A stretch of 34,051 nucleotides of DNA from the IMG/VR virus record IMGVR_UViG_3300020061_000017, positions 1-34,051 of that record. The stretch is one strand, 5' to 3'. The DNA comes from a virus. Its lineage: Duplodnaviria > Caudoviricetes. The notes under the pieces were generated by a model that saw only the letters and a program-made list of their open reading frames with translations, did not search any database and was not told where the DNA came from. This document shows positions 32,900 to 34,051 of the stretch, piece after piece. The position numbers and the translations under genes are program-made. The stretch's first letter is position 1. The number at the start of each line of letters is the position of its first letter.

Positions 32900-33351
32900 T
32901 ACCCTGTTTTCTTCGGCCTCATCTCAATGATGTCTGCGATCTTTGGCCCCAGTTCTCTGAGCTTCTGCATCGCCTCATCGCGGGACATGTCGCCGATCTG
33001 CGCGATGTCTGTGTTCGTGGTCTCGCTCTTCTCCGCCCATCCGAACAGGTTCTTCATTGCGAAGTTGACCATCGGGGCATTGAGCTTCGCGCCTTCAGCC
33101 GAGTCGCGGTATTTGTTTTCCCACCAAGCACGACAGAGCATGCGGCCATATGAAATCCAGCGAGCAAACTCCGTGTCCGTCTTGAATCGTTCGTCGAACT
33201 CTTCCTTGGTCATCTGCAAGTCGCCACAGACCTGAGAGTCTGTCCAACCGTTCTTGTAGAGGTACAGGATCATCTCCGGCTCGGAGAGATCGTTGAAGTC
33301 TTTCTCGACTTCTTTCTTGGGGCGACCGGGGCCGCGCTTCTCTTCGCTCAT
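32899..33351 (-). CDS. terS: Terminase small subunit
   Basis: GRP N-terminus, HTH region, EF...G......WWE....N.....F.MKN.FGW; TAATG-coupled to TerL. Confidence 0.85.
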   Translation of the reverse strand: MSEEKRGPGRPKKEVEKDFNDLSEPEMILYLYKNGWTDSQVCGDLQMTKEEFDERFKTDTEFARWISYGRMLCRAWWENKYRDSAEGAKLNAPMVNFAMKNLFGWAEKSETTNTDIAQIGDMSRDEAMQKLRELGPKIADIIEMRPKKTG

Positions 33352-33674
33352 CCTATGAACGCCTGAGACGAAGCGCGCGAAGCGTAGTGGACCTGCGTCA
33401 CTACGGCCGTGGGATTGGTGACGACAATGCGCCAGTCCTCACCAAGTGCGACTGTGTAGGCGTAATAGGTTCCGTCAACTGCATTGATGTCCCAGAACGT
33501 CCAAGAGCCATCGGCGAGCGTGTAGGTGTTGTAGAGCGGGTATCCGAGTTCATTGGCGAGAAGAATGGGAGCGCCGGCAAATGTAGATAATCCGGAGCCG
33601 TCCGCAAGGGTCTGCTTGTCGCGGTAGATCGGCAAACAGGTTCGTATGCTCCAACCACCAGTATGCGCACTCAT
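33348..33674 (-). CDS. Hypothetical beta-rich protein (Ig/prealbumin-like fold possible)
   Basis: TYTLADGSWTF.....GTYY pattern; ATGA overlaps. Confidence 0.65.
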   Translation of the reverse strand: MSAHTGGWSIRTCLPIYRDKQTLADGSGLSTFAGAPILLANELGYPLYNTYTLADGSWTFWDINAVDGTYYAYTVALGEDWRIVVTNPTAVVTQVHYASRASSQAFIG

Positions 33675-34051
33675 GTCAGCAGCGCCCAGTCGTTCGTGGT
33701 CTGCATGTAGACCATGCCGCCAGACGCTGAGGTCATATCACCAAGACCGCTGAACATCGTGAGGGACGACCCACCAACCGGGCCGTTGATCGTGTCGAGC
33801 TGCGAATAGCCGGTGGGGAATCCGCTGGTCAATCCCTGCCACATGTTGGGTATGACAAGGCGACGCACAGCCCCATTGGTCGCATTCCATGTGCCGCTGT
33901 TGTTCGTGTAGAGATCGCCGAGTGAGATTTCGTTGAATGGCACGCGGTTCGATATCTTTTCTGGGTTCGTATAGCTGAGGCAGGACCCGAGAACGTTCTG
34001 CACGCCGGGGTTGTGGCAATTGAGAACAGGCGCCAACGTGGCGCCGTCATA
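33671..34051 (-). CDS. 3' part of a probable tail-fibre-region protein, truncated by the window edge
   Basis: Open frame ending in an ATGA overlap with the next gene; G/S/T/N-rich composition. Confidence 0.5.
   Translation of the reverse strand, partial: YDGATLAPVLNCHNPGVQNVLGSCLSYTNPEKISNRVPFNEISLGDLYTNNSGTWNATNGAVRRLVIPNMWQGLTSGFPTGYSQLDTINGPVGGSSLTMFSGLGDMTSASGGMVYMQTTNDWALLT

Noticed and set aside
1-34051. Stop-codon reassignment as the explanation for the broken genes
   Set aside because: All three breaks change frame rather than containing an in-frame stop, and TAA, TAG and TGA all end genes at tight junctions.
1-34051. tRNA genes, CRISPR arrays, integrase/att sites, DGR or retron components
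   Set aside because: No cloverleaf, regularly spaced repeats, recombinase or reverse-transcriptase motifs seen; intergenic gaps are too short.

Overview
A 34-kb piece of a dsDNA tailed-phage genome with podovirus-type architecture. It has no integrase, tRNA or CRISPR array, and the spanins imply a Gram-negative host. Two convergent arms meet at back-to-back intrinsic terminators (~11374-11445). The + arm (1-11372) carries nucleotide-metabolism, recombination and accessory genes: an intein-containing class II ribonucleotide reductase (5'-truncated), a Ref-type HNH nuclease, a frameshifted T7 gp6-like 5'-3' exonuclease, two more HNH proteins, a DUF5664-like dNTP diphosphohydrolase, a DnaQ/RNase H-like exonuclease, a sulfotransferase-like protein and many small ORFs. 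The - arm (34051-11445) is the morphogenesis operon: TerS, TerL in three reading-frame pieces, portal, scaffold, N4-gp56-type major capsid, decoration protein, adaptor, nozzle, ejection-type proteins, a ~1580-aa zincin-containing virion protein and Rz/Rz1 spanins. Main observations: (1) an Asp/Asn beta-hydroxylase-type 2OG-Fe(II) oxygenase lies between two paralogous small ejection-type proteins, a candidate virion-protein modification system; (2) two structural genes appear to start at ATC and ATA, among several TTG starts; (3) TerL is split and frameshifted and the exonuclease is frameshifted; (4) a dispersed GCGAAGC mini-hairpin motif includes a ~27-nt near-identical repeat; (5) a degenerate antisense HNH remnant overlaps a perfect extended -10 element. 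All family assignments come from motif recognition by eye; no database searches were run.
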